From: Eledone cirrhosa
Taxonomy: Eukaryota
NCBI GenBank assembly: GCA_964016885.1
Contig: OZ024745.1
Coordinates: forward strand, 106,578,001 to 106,642,000
Reading direction: 5' to 3'
Length of the DNA: 64,000 nt
Shown here: piece after piece, positions 56,737 to 64,000 of the stretch
Numbering within the stretch: position 1 is the first letter of the stretch
Layout of the letters: each line of letters starts with the position of its first letter
Notes under the pieces: model-generated
Seen by the model: the letters and a program-made list of their open reading frames with translations, nothing else
The model's database searches: none
What the model was told of the DNA's origin: nothing
Translations under genes and position numbers: made by a program

Positions 56737-57544
56737 ATCTAAACAATTATTTTGTCGTTTTTAATAGATTGCTTACAGGAGGAAGGGCAACTATAATAGC
56801 ACCTGTCAAGGTATTCCTGGACTGGTCAGAAGCGGGGTTGGGGGTTAGCTATAAACAGGCTATCTGACGTGAATACTCGCAGCATATTTGACTTCGATAA
56901 AACCTCTCAAAGACTAGTTGTGTTAAAACAAGCGACGAATTACGAGTACCCACCTTCCATTGTGTTACATAGAAGTGTAGAAGGCCCTATCTATTTGATG
57001 AATCGAAGTATTAAAGGGTTGTATTTAACTGTAGTCGTATATTATGTATTTACATTTATGCAAATCGGTTTGGGCCCAAAAATCATTCAATACTCTGAGT
57101 ATTCCTATCGATAACCTGGGCTTAATATCGGCCCCTATTGATGTCCCAGGTCTACATAAACAAGAACCGGAGAGTTAGAGAGTGTAGGGGTGGGAATGGA
57201 TTCAAACCCTTTTCGGCCTTGTCCTATATGATAGGCTATTTTACTGGTTTAACGGAGTACCAATCAAAGATATATTGAATAGGGGCTCACAGAATACATA
57301 CTGATAACAAGAATTTTGGCATCCTCGATAACAGTGTCTCCGTGTGGGAAAAATAAAGTAATGAAATATATTCTAGCCATGACCAACACATCTTTCTTTA
57401 AGACATACATTTGTAAAGTAACGTTTTAGACCCACGATGAATGTTAAAGCCAATTCTGGTTATCGAACCAATTATTCCCAAGTAGACGAGAGATTTGTGT
57501 TTGTATATTTCAAATTAATTCAGTACTTTTAGGTTGAAAAAGGA

Positions 57545-57740
57545 TTTCTGATTCAGGCACAAGGCTAACAATTTTGGGGGAGCTGAAAATCGAATACATA
57601 GACCCCATTACGTTGATTGTAATTTATTTTTTCGACCTCGTAAGGATGAAAGGCAATGCTAAACTCGGCAACATTTGAACTCAGAACGTAAAGGGACGTA
57701 ACTCTATGCCATAAAGCATGTTGTCCGACGGCAATCCACT
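57545..57740 (-). mobile_element. Nin-domain SINE
   Basis: GGCACAAGG...TCGACCTCGTAAGGATGAAAGGC...TTTGAACTCAGAACGTAAAGGGACGTAAC. Confidence 0.88.
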
Positions 57741-57807
57741 GTCCTATTTTAGGTTGAATATTGAAAATATTACAATCTTACTCGTAAATTTATTGAACAC
57801 GCCTACA

Positions 57808-57906
<99 letters not shown>

Positions 57907-58074
57907 GCATACATGCATATATATACAGAGAAGATGTAAAATTCTGTATTTATTTCAATATATTATATATTTCATTATGTCGTTTCATTATATGTTCAAG
58001 TGTCTGATTTAACAGCATTTAGATGTGTTATATCTCTAAGTCTGTTTATTTTTTTGTCTTCACTTTCATTGAAT

Positions 58075-58205
58075 ATCGTAGCTAATCGTTTTGTACGAGA
58101 AATATTTTTGTTATGATTGTGAAGTACTTATTCCTATGCTTATTATACAAAACGATTAGCAACGATTTCAATCAGAGTGAAGACAAAAAAAGACATATAG
58201 GTACA
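58075..58205 (+). repeat. ~130-bp (TA)n-embedded direct repeat, second copy at 60253-60383
   Basis: TATCGTAGCTAATCGTTTTGTAC...CATATAGGTACA present twice. Confidence 0.9.
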
Positions 58206-58207
58206 TA

Positions 58208-63314
<5,107 letters not shown>

Positions 63315-64000
63315 TGTTATATTTGGGGAGGGTCATATTTGCGTAATATTGCCAGAATTAATAACAGAACACACTCACTGTTTGGTTGGTTTTCGCTTCT
63401 CGCTGTCTTTTATATATATATATCTGCGATCTAACTTACTCGGTCCTCAATGTTGCCATTGACTGACCGGCGGTCAAAAATAATACAGATACAATATAGA
63501 CAAACACATATATATATAGTTTACATAAATCTTTCGTTGCACATCTGCAACATCGTCAGTGGTGTTATATTCATTGTTCCTCCTGTTGTGTTGTATGTCT
63601 ACGCCATTTTTTTGTTCAGTCTGTCTATATATTTATTTATTTATTTGCTTGTTTGTTTATCTTATTTTATTTTGTCTTCTTTGCGCATGCGTTTGCGTGT
63701 GTGTATAGTGTTATGTGTGATGTGTGACTAGTGTGTATAGTGTTGTGTCTGCTGGGTGACTAGTATGTGTTTATGTGCTTGTGTATGTATTTATTTATCT
63801 TATTTTATTTAATTTAATTTACTTATTTATTTATACTTCTCTTAGGTCAGTGTTGTTTGTTTGGGTGTTGTTGTTGTTCCACTCATTCTTTCTGTTTAGC
63901 TTTGGTCTTCTAATTTCTATTTCACTGGCCTCTCTGATTTGCCTATCTGCTGGGTCATTCCTATGTTTAGATATTATTCTAATTTCTATGTTGTCTATGT

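Overview
Very AT-rich, microsatellite-saturated animal DNA. An octopod cephalopod is my inference from the dominant Nin/Deu-domain tRNA-SINE. I see no convincing host exon, rRNA, tRNA gene or CRISPR array, and nearly all ORF-track entries are translations of simple repeats. Recognisable elements: a near full-length, frameshifted Tx1-type LINE in an (AAT)n tract (45280-51164, -) plus a related 3' fragment; an internally deleted mariner with ~100-bp TIRs; two non-autonomous Helitrons, one carrying a CRE-type restriction-like endonuclease fragment; R4/Dong and RTE remnants; a hAT MITE; about 20 SINEs. The most interesting layer is the set of short non-coding islands between (TA)n tracts. They belong to several sequence-unrelated families. 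Many carry type I hammerhead ribozymes, show 5' foldback inversions that break at the ribozyme, and share a covarying bulged hairpin (RCTC-stem-loop-stem-TN-GAGY) about 40-80 nt before the (TA)n junction. One family forms a 3.2-copy 615-bp tandem array with a variant hammerhead candidate. These look like Penelope-like or retrozyme-like termini; no cognate RT is present in the window. Coordinates and structures were read by eye and no searches were run.
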